Shown here in pieces: positions 11,339-24,100 of a DNA stretch of 46,647 nucleotides; positions within the stretch are counted from its first letter, which is position 1; each line of letters opens with the position of its first letter. This DNA is from Thraustochytrium aureum (lineage: Eukaryota): positions 13,102 to 59,748 of the forward strand of contig BLSG01000222.1 of assembly GCA_012862495.1 (NCBI GenBank), given 5' to 3'. The translations under genes were made by a program, and so were the position numbers. The notes under the pieces were generated by a model. The model was given only the letters and a program-made list of their open reading frames with translations. It made no database searches and was not told where the DNA came from.

Positions 11339-14300
11339 CAGGGCAGCGAGCAGGCCTTGACGCCGGAGGAGGTCCGCGCGCGGCGGCTTGCCAGACTTGC
11401 CGGCCCCGCGTCGCGCGAACCCGACGGTGCCGCGTCAGCAGCGGCGCCCGAGCCTGCGACAACGACGACGACGACGACGGCTGCGGCCGAGGCGTCGCTC
11501 GCAGAGTCTAAAAAGCGGGACGGCGCAGGCCTTGCTGCGCGCCAGCAAGATGCCGCCCCACCGCCTGCACCAGCGACGCCGGTGCATACTGCGGACGACC
11601 CTGAGCCCATGGACATCGATGCCGCAGAGGTCGAGCCGTCCAAGCCACGTGCAGACGAAACCGGTCCCGATGCGACGGTCGGCTCGAAAAAATCAAAGCA
11701 CAGCGGCGACCTGGACAAGGGCGAGCGAGACCCGCTTGACGAGACGCTTGCTCGCGTGTTCAAGTTTTCAGTCAAGAAGCGCGCTGGGGAGTTCGTGCAC
11801 CTCTCGGCTTATGCGAGCGAGCTACAAGCCGAGGGCGCCTCTTTGGCGCTCACCAGGGACAACCTGGAAGGCGCGCTGTACGCCCGGCTCAGCACGCTCC
11901 CCATCGACCTCCCGGACTTTGCCCGCAAAGAGTCCCCTGCAGAGTACCTGCTATCTTGCTTCGAGCGGGCCACCGAGGCGCGGCGCGCTCGCCAGGGCTC
12001 GGACGCCGGAGACGCTGACGCTGACGGTCTGGGCGCAGCGCTGGACGAGGCAATCGAGTACATCGTTTCGTACTCGACGACAGTCCTTCTTGAGGCCAGT
12101 ATGTTCCCAAGCGCAAAGCCCGTGTCGCCCCAGGATGTCTTGCTGCAGGCTCTACGCGGCTCGCGCGCAGGGGCCGCAAAGGCGTTCCTGCGGCACCTGG
12201 CAGAGGAAGTAGTCAAGCAAGAGTGCATCGGAGACATCCTCCCCCCGCTCTTCGAAAAGCTCGCGAAGGAAATGCGCGAGATCAGTGCTTCCGCGGCGCC
12301 GTTCGATACGGGCCCCACCTCGGCGCTTGCTGCGCTCTGCTCCCAAAAGGCCTTCGGCGCCGCGCTTGCTGCGCTTGTTGCGTCGGAGGAGGCCAACTCC
12401 GCGAGCAAGCGTTCGGCCGACGGCGCGAGCGGCTGGGAAGGCGCCACCGTGGTCCCGCAGACCGAGACTGTGGACTTGCCGGACGGGGTGGACGAAAGCA
12501 ATCCGCTGCACGCGTACATGCTGCAAATGCTCCGCCACCAGGGCGAGACGATCAAGCTCGGGCGAAGGCTGGAGCGCGAGTCGCTCTTTGCGGCGTTCTT
12601 TATCCCGAACGTGCTTGCCAAGAATGTCATCAAGGCGTTCTTCCCCAACGTTCTCACGACGCCCGCGGCCCAGATCAAGTCCACCCAGCGCGTGCTTCAG
12701 CAGCAAGTCGCCCTTTTGCACGCCGACCTCGGCACTGTCGCGCTCAACATCTGCCGCGCCAGCCCGGAGGCGCGCATCGACATCATGAATTGGTTTTCGC
12801 GCGCGCTCCAGCTCAACGCCGGGCGCGCCCAGACGCAACCAAATCATGCCGAAGTCTCCCAAGAGGGCTTTGCTCTAAACATGTCTGCGACGTTGGTGCG
12901 CCTTTGCAAGCCGTTCCTCGCTCCCGACTCGGATAAGATCAAGCTGATCGACCCGCGGTTTGTGTGTGGGCCAGGCCAGCCCGCGTCGCGCGCCTTCCCG
13001 GCCGACCTTACTCGGCTCGGTGCCGCCACTGCTGGCGCCGAGAGTTCCAGCCAAATCGCCATGCCGGAAGCCGAGTTCAACTTCGTCACGAAGTGCTTCT
13101 TCTACGCGCTCCGCGCTGTGCACCTGGGCCCAATCTCGTGCGTGCGGAGCATTACCTCGCTTGAGCGCGAGCTATCGTACGCCCAACGCACCTGGGGCAC
13201 TGCCGTCACGGGGCCTTTCGCGCCGCCTTCTCCGGAGCGCGCGCGTTTCGTCGCGCTTGTGGAGCGCCTCTGGGCTCTCCAGTGCGCGGTCTTCGAGCCA
13301 GAGGCGACAGAGGACCTGCTGCGCCTTCTGGCACTCTTCTGCAAGTGGGTTGTCCTCATGGCTGACGCGCCGCACGGCTCGGCCGCAGGCGCGTGCGATG
13401 TATCGCGCAAGCTGGACGAGGTCGAGGTCCCGCTTCGCCGCGAGCCGACAATCTGCGAGTATGCAGCGCGAGCGCCAGAGCACCCGCTGGACGACGCCAC
13501 AACCTTTCTCATGGCGCTTGCTCACCACCGCCCAGGGGTGCTCGACTCGGCGAGCCCAGACGCCTTGCAGACCCTGCTCGTCGCATTTGTGGCCCTCCTC
13601 GCCAGCCCGGCTCACGTCCGCAGCCCGCACCTCCGCGCGGCTCTCGCCGAGGCGCTTTTCGCGGTCTTCCTTCCGGATGCGGACAAGGGCAATGAGCGTC
13701 TTTCAGGTGGAAGTACGTCGCACCAGCGCGCCCGTGCCGAGCTGCTGCACGCCTCACCACTAGTCTGCAGAGCGCTGGCGCCTGGCCTCCTCGAGCTCTA
13801 TGGCGACGTGGAAGAGACGGGCTACTACGAGGCCGTGGGCCACCGGCAGCACATTGCGCTTCTACTCAAGTTCGTCTGGAGCCTCCAATCGCACCGGCCC
13901 GCGTTCCACCACTTCGCCTCGTCAACCCCAGAGCGGTTTGTAAAGTTTGCCAACGGGATCCTCAACCAGACCAACGACGGCGTCGCAGACTCGCTGCAGC
14001 GTTTGCGCGAGATCCGCCAGACGCAGCTCGAACAGCGGGACTTTGCAGTTTGGAACGCGCTGCCAGAGGAGGATCGTCGCCAGCGCGAGGAAGCCCTGGC
14101 GAGCAACGAGCGCTTTGTCAGCAGCGCGCTGCTCCTCGCCGGGGAAGTGATCTCCATGCTCCGGTATCTGTCGCTCGACCCCGTCTTTGTCAGGGCCTTT
14201 GTTGTCCCGGCGCTTGTTGGCAGGCTCGCAGCGATGCTCAGCAGCATCCTGGTCAGTCTCTCTGGGGCGCGCGGCGTCGAGCTCAAGATCGACAACCCGG

Positions 14301-14785
14301 AAAAGTTCAATTTCCACCCGAAGGACCTCCTAACCAAGGTCTTCGAGACGGTTGCGCACTTCTCGGAGGGTGGCGACGCCACCTTCGTCGACGCCGTTGC
14401 CTCTTGCGCCTACTACAACGTCGAAGCTTTCGCCAAGGCGAGCAGCACGGTGAAAAAGCTGGGTCTCCTCGAACAGCGCGTCCTCGACAGGTTTGACGCG
14501 CTCAACAAGGCAGCCGAGCAGCGCAAGGTAGATATTGACAGGCAAGAGGACGCCCTCGGCGAGGCGCCCGAGGAGTTTCTGGACCCCCTGTTGCAGGAGG
14601 TCATGGAGGATCCCGTTCTGCTGCCCACTTCGGGCACCGTCATCGATCGGAGCACGATCGAGCAGCATCTCCTCAACGACAAGACCGACCCGTTCAACAG
14701 GCAAGCGCTTACGATCGAGATGCTCAAGCCGCAGCCCGAGCTCAAGGCCCGAATCGAAGCCTGGCGCTCTCGCAACAGCTCGTGA
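11339..14785 (+). CDS. UFD2: Ubiquitin conjugation factor E4 (UFD2/UBE4), U-box; start codon in gap
   Basis: N-terminal [11 protein letters not shown], core motifs ([38 protein letters not shown]) and C-terminal U-box [37 protein letters not shown]. Confidence 0.96.
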   Translation, partial: QGSEQALTPEEVRARRLARLAGPASREPDGAASAAAPEPATTTTTTTAAAEASLAESKKRDGAGLAARQQDAAPPPAPATPVHTADDPEPMDIDAAEVEPSKPRADETGPDATVGSKKSKHSGDLDKGERDPLDETLARVFKFSVKKRAGEFVHLSAYASELQAEGASLALTRDNLEGALYARLSTLPIDLPDFARKESPAEYLLSCFERATEARRARQGSDAGDADADGLGAALDEAIEYIVSYSTTVLLEASMFPSAKPVSPQDVLLQALRGSRAGAAKAFLRHLAEEVVKQECIGDILPPLFEKLAKEMREISASAAPFDTGPTSALAALCSQKAFGAALAALVASEEANSASKRSADGASGWEGATVVPQTETVDLPDGVDESNPLHAYMLQMLRHQGETIKLGRRLERESLFAAFFIPNVLAKNVIKAFFPNVLTTPAAQIKSTQRVLQQQVALLHADLGTVALNICRASPEARIDIMNWFSRALQLNAGRAQTQPNHAEVSQEGFALNMSATLVRLCKPFLAPDSDKIKLIDPRFVCGPGQPASRAFPADLTRLGAATAGAESSSQIAMPEAEFNFVTKCFFYALRAVHLGPISCVRSITSLERELSYAQRTWGTAVTGPFAPPSPERARFVALVERLWALQCAVFEPEATEDLLRLLALFCKWVVLMADAPHGSAAGACDVSRKLDEVEVPLRREPTICEYAARAPEHPLDDATTFLMALAHHRPGVLDSASPDALQTLLVAFVALLASPAHVRSPHLRAALAEALFAVFLPDADKGNERLSGGSTSHQRARAELLHASPLVCRALAPGLLELYGDVEETGYYEAVGHRQHIALLLKFVWSLQSHRPAFHHFASSTPERFVKFANGILNQTNDGVADSLQRLREIRQTQLEQRDFAVWNALPEEDRRQREEALASNERFVSSALLLAGEVISMLRYLSLDPVFVRAFVVPALVGRLAAMLSSILVSLSGARGVELKIDNPEKFNFHPKDLLTKVFETVAHFSEGGDATFVDAVASCAYYNVEAFAKASSTVKKLGLLEQRVLDRFDALNKAAEQRKVDIDRQEDALGEAPEEFLDPLLQEVMEDPVLLPTSGTVIDRSTIEQHLLNDKTDPFNRQALTIEMLKPQPELKARIEAWRSRNSS

Positions 14786-15882
14786 TGGAGCCCGACGCTT
14801 GGCGAGCCCGGGGACGCTGAGGCCGCACGCGTAGCTTGCTTGAGGGAGCGGCAGGGCCATCGCACTGATCCGGCACAGAGGAGTTACAACAATCTTTACA
14901 TAGAAGTAGGTAAACGAGCGCCACCAGCGGCTTCACGTTCCGGGCTCACAAGAGCGCGTCTGGACCCGCCCCGCTNNNNNNNNNNNNNNNNNNNNNNNNN
15001 NNNNNNNNNNNNNNNNNNNNNNNNNNNNNNNNNNNNNNNNNNNNNNNNNNNNNNNNNNNNNNNNNNNNNNNNNNNNNNNNNNNNNNNNNNNNNNNNNNNN
15101 NNNNNNNNNNNNNNNNNNNNNNNNNNNNNNNNNNNNNNNNNNNNNNNNNNNNNNNNNNNNNNNNNNNNNNNNNNNNNNNNNNNNNNNNNNNNNNNNNNNN
15201 NNNNNNNNNNNNNNNNNNNNNNNNNNNNNNNNNNNNNNNNNNNNNNNNNNNNNNNNNNNNNNNNNNNNNNNNNNNNNNNNNNNNNNNNNNNNNNNNNNNN
15301 NNNNNNNNNNNNNNNNNNNNNNNNNNNNNNNNNNNNNNNNNNNNNNNNNNNNNNNNNNNNNNNNNNNNNNNNNNNNNNNNNNNNNNNNNNNNNNNNNNNN
15401 NNNNNNNNNNNNNNNNNNNNNNNNNNNNNNNNNNNNNNNNNNNNNNNNNNNNNNNNNNNNNNNNNNNNNNNNNNNNNNNNNNNNNNNNNNNNNNNNNNNN
15501 NNNNNNNNNNNNNNNNNNNNNNNNNNNNNNNNNNNNNNNNNNNNNNNNNNNNNNNNNNNNNNNNNNNNNNNNNNNNNNNNNNNNNNNNNNNNNNNNNNNN
15601 NNNNNNNNNNNNNNNNNNNNNNNNNNNNNNNNNNNNNNNNNNNNNNNNNNNNNNNNNNNNNNNNNNNNNNNNNNNNNNNNNNNNNNNNNNNNNNNNNNNN
15701 NNNNNNNNNNNNNNNNNNNNNNNNNNNNNNNNNNNNNNNNNNNNNNNNNNNNNNNNNNNNNNNNNNNNNNNNNNNNNNNNNNNNNNNNNNNNNNNNNNNN
15801 NNNNNNNNNNNNNNNNNNNNNNNNNNNNNNNNNNNNNNNNNNNNNNNNNNNNNNNNNNNNNNNNNNNNNNNNNNNNNNNNNN

Positions 15883-16071
15883 TGTCCTGCGCAACTTGAG
15901 GTGGTCCAGCAGCTCGAACAAGCTTAGGTCCCCACTTCCGTCCTTGTCCACCAAGCTAAACACCCTGTGCAGTTTCTTCACGTGAGCCTCCTTGAGCCCC
16001 AGGAGCGTGAACGTCTTGGCCTCGTTTTTGACGCTGTCGGGCAGTCGATGCGTGCTATTGCGACCGCCCAT
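15883..16071 (-). CDS. EF-hand Ca2+-binding protein with N-myristoylation motif (calcineurin-B-like); remainder in gap
   Basis: MGGRNS (MGxxxS) start; canonical EF loop DKDGSGDLSLFE. Confidence 0.75.
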
Positions 16072-17668
16072 GCTGCCGCTGCGTCATTCACCTCGCCACC
16101 CTGCTCGGCCCTGGGTCTCCAATGCGCTTGCGCCGTCTAAGCCGTGCCTGCGCAGCTGCCGTACGCCAGCGCTGCCCGTGGCAGGTTTGCCGCCGACCTG
16201 CTCCACAGTTTTCACTCGATGGGTGCGCGCCGAGTTGTGGCTTGATCACCAAACCAGAGAGCAGGCACAGAGTTGGCTGAGAAAGGGCAGAGCAGCAAGA
16301 TGCCCCGGCGAGGAGCGTGCGGAGTCCGTTCGACCAAGCGCACGCACGGGTCGGTCCGCAGCGGCCGCCGCCGCGGAGGCAGCTCGCGTTATCGTCAACA
16401 AAACCATCTTGTCAGACACGTTCGCAACGGACATCTTCGAAAACGACAACCGTTGTCGAACGGGGTGAAGAACGCCGGGACGAGCGCGAAACGAGGCGCT
16501 GGGCGCAGCGGAGGCAGCCGAGGAGCTCGGGACACTGAAGAAACGTAATGGTGGTACTCCGGTCTGCACTCTGGTTCCTCACAGGCTCCAAGTGGCGACA
16601 AGTCGCTAGGTCCAACCGCGGGTACTCTGGCATCGGCCAAGATCTCACTGTTTGCGTGCTGTCTTCGCAGAAGGCGGTCGTCTTCTGCGAGCGCGAGCGC
16701 ATCCTCAGTAGTGCTCCTCCAGCAGCAGCGAGAGCTGGAATTACGGTGATGCGGAAGCACGGAGCAGAAACACCACGTGAGTGGCCATCGCGGCGCGCTC
16801 CATGGCCAGGGGACGACCGATGACCCTCTCGACCCGGGAGCGGCAGGGTTTTTGGTGAAATCGAGAAGCTGACGCGGAAGCTGGCCTTCAATTCTGGCTC
16901 GGCTCGCATGCGCGACCAGCGCCACTGTCTGAGCGTGTGAGTGAGCGCTACGCCAGCGGCCTGGCAAGCAAACTTGGGCAGAGAGCCACCCTCAGACCTG
17001 CGCGCTGCAGATAAATTGGCGGCGCAAGGCGGGCGAGTTTTCCCCACGACGATCGCAAGCTCTCGCGGGACTGTTCGCCGCACCTCAGGGAGCATTTCCA
17101 GGGAGCATTCCTGGGCGTATTGAGCAAACAGCGAAACCCTCCGAAAAGTTGGGAACCGACAGACCGCCAGAGTCCAGACCCACGCGCACGCGTTTGAGTG
17201 CGTCGCAAGGAAGAGCCTCCTGTCGGTTCGCAAACCAGAAGGCTTTCGTGGCTTCGCGCTTCGCAGCAACGGCGGCAACGGGGTTGTCCATTCATCGCTC
17301 TCACGCGATTCGTTGGCTCACGCGTGAACCACGACGACATACTTGGCCCCCATTGAACCCGCCGCCGCCCAATGCGGCCTGCCCTCGCTGGGCCACGGCG
17401 CCTCCGCATTGGCTACGTCGGCGCGATCGAACCATGATGCAAAGAGATTCGTTGCGACAGTTAGGAAGTGCACTCTTTGAGACGAGGCCTCGGCCCCCAC
17501 TCTCTCGTCTAGCGCAAGCCCACAACAAGCGCAAGCCCACAAACTGGAGCTGCGGCGGCGGCGCGCGGGGCGCAGACCAGCGCCTCCGGCCGTCGCGACG
17601 CGCGGCCCCGAAGCTCGTCGCAAATCGCCTGGGCTGACGCTTCGCCGCGCAAGCTCGCGGGCTGCCTC

Positions 17669-19666
17669 ATGGCGTGCGCAGAGTGCCAGCGTCGCGGCAA
17701 CAAGGTCGAGGAGCTCGAGAGCGCGCTCAGAAAGGCGCAAGGGCGCGCCGTGAGCGCCGTGCGGCAGGCCGCCAAGCTCAAGGTTGAGCTCGAGTCCAAG
17801 TATGAGGAGGACTGCCAGTTCAAAGCGCGGGCCGCACGAGTGGACGAGCGCGAGAGCGAACTCCACGAGGAACGCTCGCGGCTGACGCAGCAAGTCCGGG
17901 AGCTGCAGTACCAGAACAAACGGCTCGGCCAAGAGCTCGCGGTAAAAACCAAAGCACTGCGCGAGGCAAAGCTGCGCAACTCGGCTCGAATCGCGCAACT
18001 GTCAGAAACGTTGCAGGGGGCCGAGGAGGCCGCTCAAGAGCGCGCAGTTCTCGTGCAGGCTGCTGTGGACGCGCTACAGAGCGCCGTGCTGGACCTGCGG
18101 CGCCACCTTGGATCGCAGGGGTTTCATGCAGTCAACTCTCACACCGCGCGTCGGCTCATGGACAAGCTCATGGACGCCTCGACCAAGCTGTGCACGGCAA
18201 CCTCCGCCAACCAGCCGCGCTCTCCAGGACGCCAGAGACGCAGGCCTCGGACGCGCTCGTCTTCATCCGCACTTGATCGCTGGGACCGCAATGACACCGA
18301 CTCGCTTGAGCTGGGTTCGAGCATTCCAGGAGCGCCAGAACAGTTTGGCGAAGTGGGGAGCGACGACAGCCTCGCAAGCTCGGACGCGTTCGAGCTGGAG
18401 CCGGTCGGCGAGCGCTGGCAGGAGAGGCAGATGCGGCCAGCTCGAAGCCGTCTTGACAGCCTATGCGACCGCGCACGGCGCTCAAGCGTCCGAATTGCCG
18501 CGCGCTCAGGCAAGGTTCAAGTCATCGGGGAGCCTGCAGCGAACGACCTCGTACGCGAGCTCGGCGCCCTCTGTTCCGAGCTTGAAAAGGACAACCAGCG
18601 GCTCCGCAGCAATGTAGACAAGCTTCGAGACCGCGTAAAAGGCCAGGTCGCCTGCGCTGGGCTTGTCTCGCGATACAGGCTCGCCATCGTCAAATTGCGG
18701 TCGCGTGCAAGGACGCTGAAGGAGCAGCTCGAGCAGAGCCAGAGCGAGCTTGCGCCACTGCGACGTGCCAGTGAGATTTCGCAGCGCCTGCGCCGTCAGC
18801 TTGAGGCAGCGCGAGCTCGAAGCGCTCAGCTTGAGCTCGAGTTGAGCAGCGCGCGCGCCACGGCGAAGCGGCTTCAAGAGGAGACCTTAACGTTTCGTCG
18901 ACGGGAGGAGCGGCGCAGGGCCCTCCTCGAGGCCGTCCAGCGAGATCGACCAGACTTTAGCGTCGGCGGCGGGGAGGGCAACCTTGGTATTGGGGCAGAG
19001 TATGGGATCGAGCCAGCCTTGTATTTGGATGTCCTAGGCCCACGACCTTTGGGGGCGACCATGGACCCTGAGGCGGGCTCGTCGCTCAAGTCGAGCCCTA
19101 GGCCGTTGCCAGATATGGAACCGACCGGGATGCGTACGTTCAGCGAGGTGGGTGGAGCAGAGTCGGGCCGGCGTCGGTTCGAGCAAGGGGGCGACGAGTT
19201 TAGCATGCATCATCCTGGTACTCCGCAGAGCGGCGCCGCTAGGCCAGAGGCGTACGAGGGCGGCCGGCAGGCATCGAGTTCAAGGCGGCTTGCAGGGGCT
19301 TCGCCGAGCGGCAGCAGCTTCTCTGGAGCGCGCTGGCGCGACTTGTTCGACGGCTTCAGCGGGGCGGGCGCGGTGGCGGGCGACCCCGAGGGGTACCTGT
19401 TTGATGACGCGAGCGGCCGGGAGGTGGACGCTAGCGAAGCCCTGCTATCGGCACGAGCGGCGAGAGCCGTGGAAGCTGCAGACACCGTGCTGAGCGACAT
19501 CGCAGGGGACGACGAAAGACGAGGTTCGAGCTTTCGCACTGGCGCGCTTAGCCCAACACATTCTAGTGACATGACGAGCGAACTCCACGTCGACCTGGAG
19601 ACGTTGAACAAGGAAATAGCTGCGCTGCAACGGTCTCTTGCGCAGGCAGAGAGGCCAAGCCCGTAG
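17669..19666 (+). CDS. Hypothetical coiled-coil protein (665 aa)
   Basis: Long uninterrupted ORF with three heptad-rich E/L/R/Q segments and disordered linkers; family not recognised. Confidence 0.75.
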   Translation: MACAECQRRGNKVEELESALRKAQGRAVSAVRQAAKLKVELESKYEEDCQFKARAARVDERESELHEERSRLTQQVRELQYQNKRLGQELAVKTKALREAKLRNSARIAQLSETLQGAEEAAQERAVLVQAAVDALQSAVLDLRRHLGSQGFHAVNSHTARRLMDKLMDASTKLCTATSANQPRSPGRQRRRPRTRSSSSALDRWDRNDTDSLELGSSIPGAPEQFGEVGSDDSLASSDAFELEPVGERWQERQMRPARSRLDSLCDRARRSSVRIAARSGKVQVIGEPAANDLVRELGALCSELEKDNQRLRSNVDKLRDRVKGQVACAGLVSRYRLAIVKLRSRARTLKEQLEQSQSELAPLRRASEISQRLRRQLEAARARSAQLELELSSARATAKRLQEETLTFRRREERRRALLEAVQRDRPDFSVGGGEGNLGIGAEYGIEPALYLDVLGPRPLGATMDPEAGSSLKSSPRPLPDMEPTGMRTFSEVGGAESGRRRFEQGGDEFSMHHPGTPQSGAARPEAYEGGRQASSSRRLAGASPSGSSFSGARWRDLFDGFSGAGAVAGDPEGYLFDDASGREVDASEALLSARAARAVEAADTVLSDIAGDDERRGSSFRTGALSPTHSSDMTSELHVDLETLNKEIAALQRSLAQAERPSP

Positions 19667-19887
19667 GTAAAAGAAGTGCAATCTCTCGCAAGGGGCAGTA
19701 GTAGACGGCCGCTGCGGAGGCGGACCGAGTGCAAGGTCTATAGGACGGGGGATTGTAAAAAAAGTCCGCAAAATGACGGAGGTCTTGTACTGTCGCTGTG
19801 NNNNNNNNNNNNNNNNNNNNNNNNNNNNNNNNNNNNNNNNNNNNNNNNNNNNNNNNNNNNNNNCACTACGAGAGGCAAAGGCGGGGC

Positions 19888-20523
19888 TTATTCCTCAGGG
19901 ACCTTGAGCAGACCACGGCGCGGCACGTACTTGGCCTGGTTGCCATCAGGGATCAGGTAGCCCTCGCGGCGGAGGCGGACATACTCGGCAGTGTCGTACT
20001 TGGTAAAGCCCCACTTCTTGGAGATGACGATCTTCTGGCGCCCAGGGAACTTGAACTTGGAGCGGCGCAGGGCCTCGACAGCGACGGGGATGTGCTGCTG
20101 CTTGCAGCGCACCGAGATGAGAATCTGGCCAATCTTGACGCGGGCCACCACGCCGGCAGGCTTGCCGTAGGCGTGGCGCATTCCGGTCTGCAGACGATCA
20201 GCCCCTGCGCACGAAAGCATCTTGTTGATACGCAGCACGTGGAAGGGGTGGGCGCGCATGCGCATGTGGTACGAGTCCTTGCCGGCGTTCTTCACCAGGT
20301 ACTTGTTGGCAGCGATACGGGCCGCCTCGAGCGCCTCGCTCGAGACCTGCTCGCGCTCGTCCGAGAACATGTGCACGACAGCGGGGAACTCGTCGACGCT
20401 CGCGCGCTTGCGCCCGACATCGTAGATCTTGAGCTTGGGCTCGGGCACGCCGCGCAGGTACCGCGACTTGATGTACGGCTTGTTCTTGCAGTACCTGTAG
20501 CACTTGGCCGGCCGCCGCCCCAT
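19888..20523 (-). CDS. RPL10: 60S ribosomal protein L10 (uL16), intronless
   Basis: [22 protein letters not shown]...[10 protein letters not shown]...[18 protein letters not shown]...KFKFPGRQK. Confidence 0.99.
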   Translation of the reverse strand: MGRRPAKCYRYCKNKPYIKSRYLRGVPEPKLKIYDVGRKRASVDEFPAVVHMFSDEREQVSSEALEAARIAANKYLVKNAGKDSYHMRMRAHPFHVLRINKMLSCAGADRLQTGMRHAYGKPAGVVARVKIGQILISVRCKQQHIPVAVEALRRSKFKFPGRQKIVISKKWGFTKYDTAEYVRLRREGYLIPDGNQAKYVPRRGLLKVPEE

Positions 20524-20662
20524 CTTGCCTGACGCTCGCGCTCGCTTCCTTCCAACCCGTGTGCTACTGCCTGCTCTGCAGCTGCCGCTCTGCTCCTTCG
20601 CGGCTCTGCTGCTCGCCTCCTGCACAATCGGCGCTCCAGTCGAGTCCACCCGATACGCCGGG

Positions 20663-20871
20663 AAACCCTACCCTAAAGAACAAACGAAGCTCGCGAACAT
20701 TACCCGCGAACAACATGCGAAACCAGGCCCTGTTCGCCCTGTTCGTCACGAACGTTCTCCGAAGCTCCGAGGCCCCTAACCCGTACCCTAACTGCTAACC
20801 CTCACCCTAACCTAACTCCTTACCTCTAGAGCCTTAACCTAACCCTTTTCTCTCCTTAACCTAACCCTTTT
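20663..20871. repeat. Interstitial telomere-like (CCCTAA/CCTAA) repeats, including telo-box AAACCCTA, between divergent RPL10 and SNU114
   Basis: aaacccta at 20663-20670; ccctaac/ctaaccc units about 20773-20815; direct repeat ccttaacctaaccctttt at 20832 and 20854. Confidence 0.75.
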
Positions 20872-21179
20872 TTTCAAGAACAATTTGGAAGCCCGTGGAA
20901 CGAACTCTGCGAACAGCACCGGTCCACTGCTGGGCTGGTTTTACTGGGGGAGTGGCTCTGTGTTCGCTCGCGGCCTCGTTGCGTTCCCCGCGCGGGAACC
21001 AGGGGCCCGTTCGATCGTTCCCCCGCGGGGAACGTGCTCCTGTTCGTCGCTTGGCTGGGCCTGCTGTGCGGCGGGGCGCAGCAGACCTCGAACGGAGCGG
21101 CGCGCGGGCGGCGGCGGCGGGGGCTGACGGGCTGACGGGCTGACGGGCTGGCTGGGCGAGTTGAGGAAGGCCGCTCGCG

Positions 21180-24100
21180 ATGGAGGCGCGGGAGCAGCTG
21201 TACGACGAGTTTGGCAACTACATTGGCCCGGAGGACGACTCGGAGTCCGCGTCGGACGAGGCCAGCGAGGGCGAGGGCAACGATGCGTTGAGCGGTGGTG
21301 GCGAGGAGCGCGCACGACCTAGGGACGCGCTGGGGGCAGGGGATGGGGGTCGACGCGGGGAGGCCGACGCGGGGGGGGGTAGAGGAGGAGGAGGACGACG
21401 AGCCTGGGATTGGCGTGTCGTCGATCGTGCTTCACGAAGATAAAAAGTACTACCCGGATGCGGACGAGGTGTACCCGAACGCGCAGGTGCTTGTAGAAGA
21501 CGAGGACATGCAGGGCATTGAAGAGCCGCTCATCAAGCCGACCAAGGTCAAGTCGTTCGCAAGAACCGATGAAGACCCGCCCGAGACCCGCCACAGCAAC
21601 GAATTCCTCGCCTCGCTGATGGCCAAGCCCGCGCTCATCCGGAACGTTGGCGTGATCGGACACCTCCACCACGGAAAAACTGTCCTGTGCGACCTTCTCG
21701 TGGAGAGCACGCTGCAGAGACCGTGGACCGGGGGGGACGCGGACGTCCGCTGGTGCGACACGCGAAACGACGAGCAAGCGCGCAAAATCTCCATCAAAGC
21801 TTGCCCAGTCTCGCTCGCGCTTGAAGACGGCCGCGGTAAGACCTTTCTCGTCAACACGATTGACTGCCCAGGCCACGTCAACTTCTCCGACGAGTCGACA
21901 GCCGCACTCCGAGCGTGCGACGGCGCCCTCGTCGTTGTCGACGCCGTCGAAGGGGTTGTACTCGGGACGCAGCGAGCGATTCGGCAAGCCGTTGCGCAGG
22001 GTATCCCCGTGTCGCTTTGTATAGCCAAGATGGACAGACTCATCCTTGAACTGCGCTTGCCACCAGCAGACGCGTACTTTAAGCTCGTGAGTATCGTGGA
22101 GGGCGTAAACGCCGAGCTGGGCAAACTCGGTGCCGCAAAGGTCTCGCCAATCGCTGGCTCGGTAGTCTTCGCGTCTGGCACAGGCGGCTGGGCCTTCTCG
22201 CTCGAGTCGTTCGCGCGCCTCTACGTCGAACGCAAGGGCAGCAAGATGCGCGGAGTGGATCCGCGCGCCTTCGCTCGCAGGCTGTGGGGCGACCGGTACT
22301 TTGACCCGGAGACCCGCGCCTTTTCGCGCTCGCCGAGCCCAGCGGCGCGGTCCCGGGTGCGCTCGTTCGTGCAGTTTGTGCTCGAGCCGCTCTACAAGCT
22401 CTACGGCCAAGTCGTCGGCGAGGACCCCTCTGCGCTCGACGAGACTCTGCGCAAGGTGGGCGTCAGGCTGACCAAGCAAGAGCTCCTCATGGACGTGAAG
22501 CCGCTGCTGCGGATTGTTCTGCGCCGCTTCTTCGCAGGCGAATCCGTCTCGGGCTTGGTGGACATGCTCGTCCAGCACGTCCCTCCGCCTGGCGCGCGGC
22601 TCTCTGACGACGAATGGACCGCCCCTCACCGAGCTAGGCGCCTTGGACGGCGCTTCAACCGCGCCAATGGCGGAAGCGAGACAGGTGGCCGGACCTGCGG
22701 CGTTCGCTGCGCTCAGCCGCCTCCGGGGTGCCGCTGAAGGAGCGCGCGGCTCCGCGACCTTTCGCGGCGTCTTGGAGAGCGACGCGAACGGGCCGCTCGT
22801 TGTCCTCGTGTGCAAGATGCTTCCCTCCGGCGACGGCAAAGCCTTTGCGGCGCTGGGGCGCGTTTTCAGCGGTACCCTGGCGCAGGGCCAGCGTGTCCAG
22901 GTTCTCGGGGAGGGGTTCTCCACCAGCGACACGGAGGCGCGCGCGTTCGCCAACGTGTCCGGGCTGGCGCTCCCGCAAGCGCGCCACCGCGTGGGCGTCG
23001 ACAAGGCCGTTGCGGGCGCTTGGGTCCTCATCGACGGCCTCGACGATCACGTGGTGAAATCGGCCACTTTAGTAGCCGAGCACGCTGACCCACACGCGCT
23101 CGTCTTTCGCCCGCCCAAGTTTGACAACGAGGCGGTGGTCAAGCTCGCAATCGAGCCGCTCCTCCCTGCCGAGCTGCCCAAGATGCTGCACGGCCTGCGC
23201 TGCGTGAACAAGACCTACCCGCTGCTGCGGACCAAGGTCGAGGAGTCGGGCGAGCATGTCATCCTCGGGACAGGCGAGCTGTACCTGGACTGCGTCATGC
23301 ACGACCTGCGCCAAGTGTATGCTGAGATCGAGATCAAGGTGGCCGATCCGGTCGTCTCATTCTGTGAGACTGTGGCAGAGTCGTCGGGGCTCAAGACGTA
23401 CGCCGAGACCCCCAACCGGCTGAACAGGCTGGCTATGATCGCCGAGCCGCTCGGCAAGGACCTTGCCATGGACATAGAGGCNNNNNNNNNNNNNNNNNNN
23501 NNNNNNNNNNNNNNNNNNNNNNNNNNNNNNNNNNNNNNNNNNNNNNNNNNNNNNNNNNNNNNNNNNNNNNNNNNNNNNNNNNNNNNNNNNNNNNNNNNNN
23601 NNNNNNNCCGCTCGGCAAGGACCTTGCCATGGACATAGAGGCGCACCGCGTGCCGCTCGACCCAACCTGCAAGGACCTCGCCGAGAGGCTGCACAGAGAC
23701 TACGGGTGGGACAAGCTTGCCGCCCGCTCGCTCTGGGCCTTTGGCCCTGGCTCGGACGGGCCCAACGCGCTTCTCGACGACACGTTGCCTGGGTCGGCCG
23801 ACAAGGCGGGCGTTGCGATGGTGCGCGACAGCGTCGTGCAGGGATTTCGCTGGGCCGCGCGCGAAGGTCCTCTTTGCGACGAGCCGATGCGTGGGGTCAA
23901 GTTTCGGATTCTCGATGCAACGGTGGCAGGCGAGGCGATCCACCGAGGCGCTGGCTTTGTCATTCCCACGGCACGGAGGGTGGCCTACTCGTCCTTCCTC
24001 ACAGCCAGCCCAAGGCTGATGGAGCCTGTCAACTTTATTGAGGTCCAGGCCCCGGCTGACTTGGGCCCGGCGGTTTCCCGCGTACTGCGGCGCCGCCGCG

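Noticed and set aside
20983..21034. gttccccgcgc resembles the start of type I-E CRISPR repeats
   Set aside because: Only two short unequal copies, no spacer array, no cas genes, eukaryotic context.
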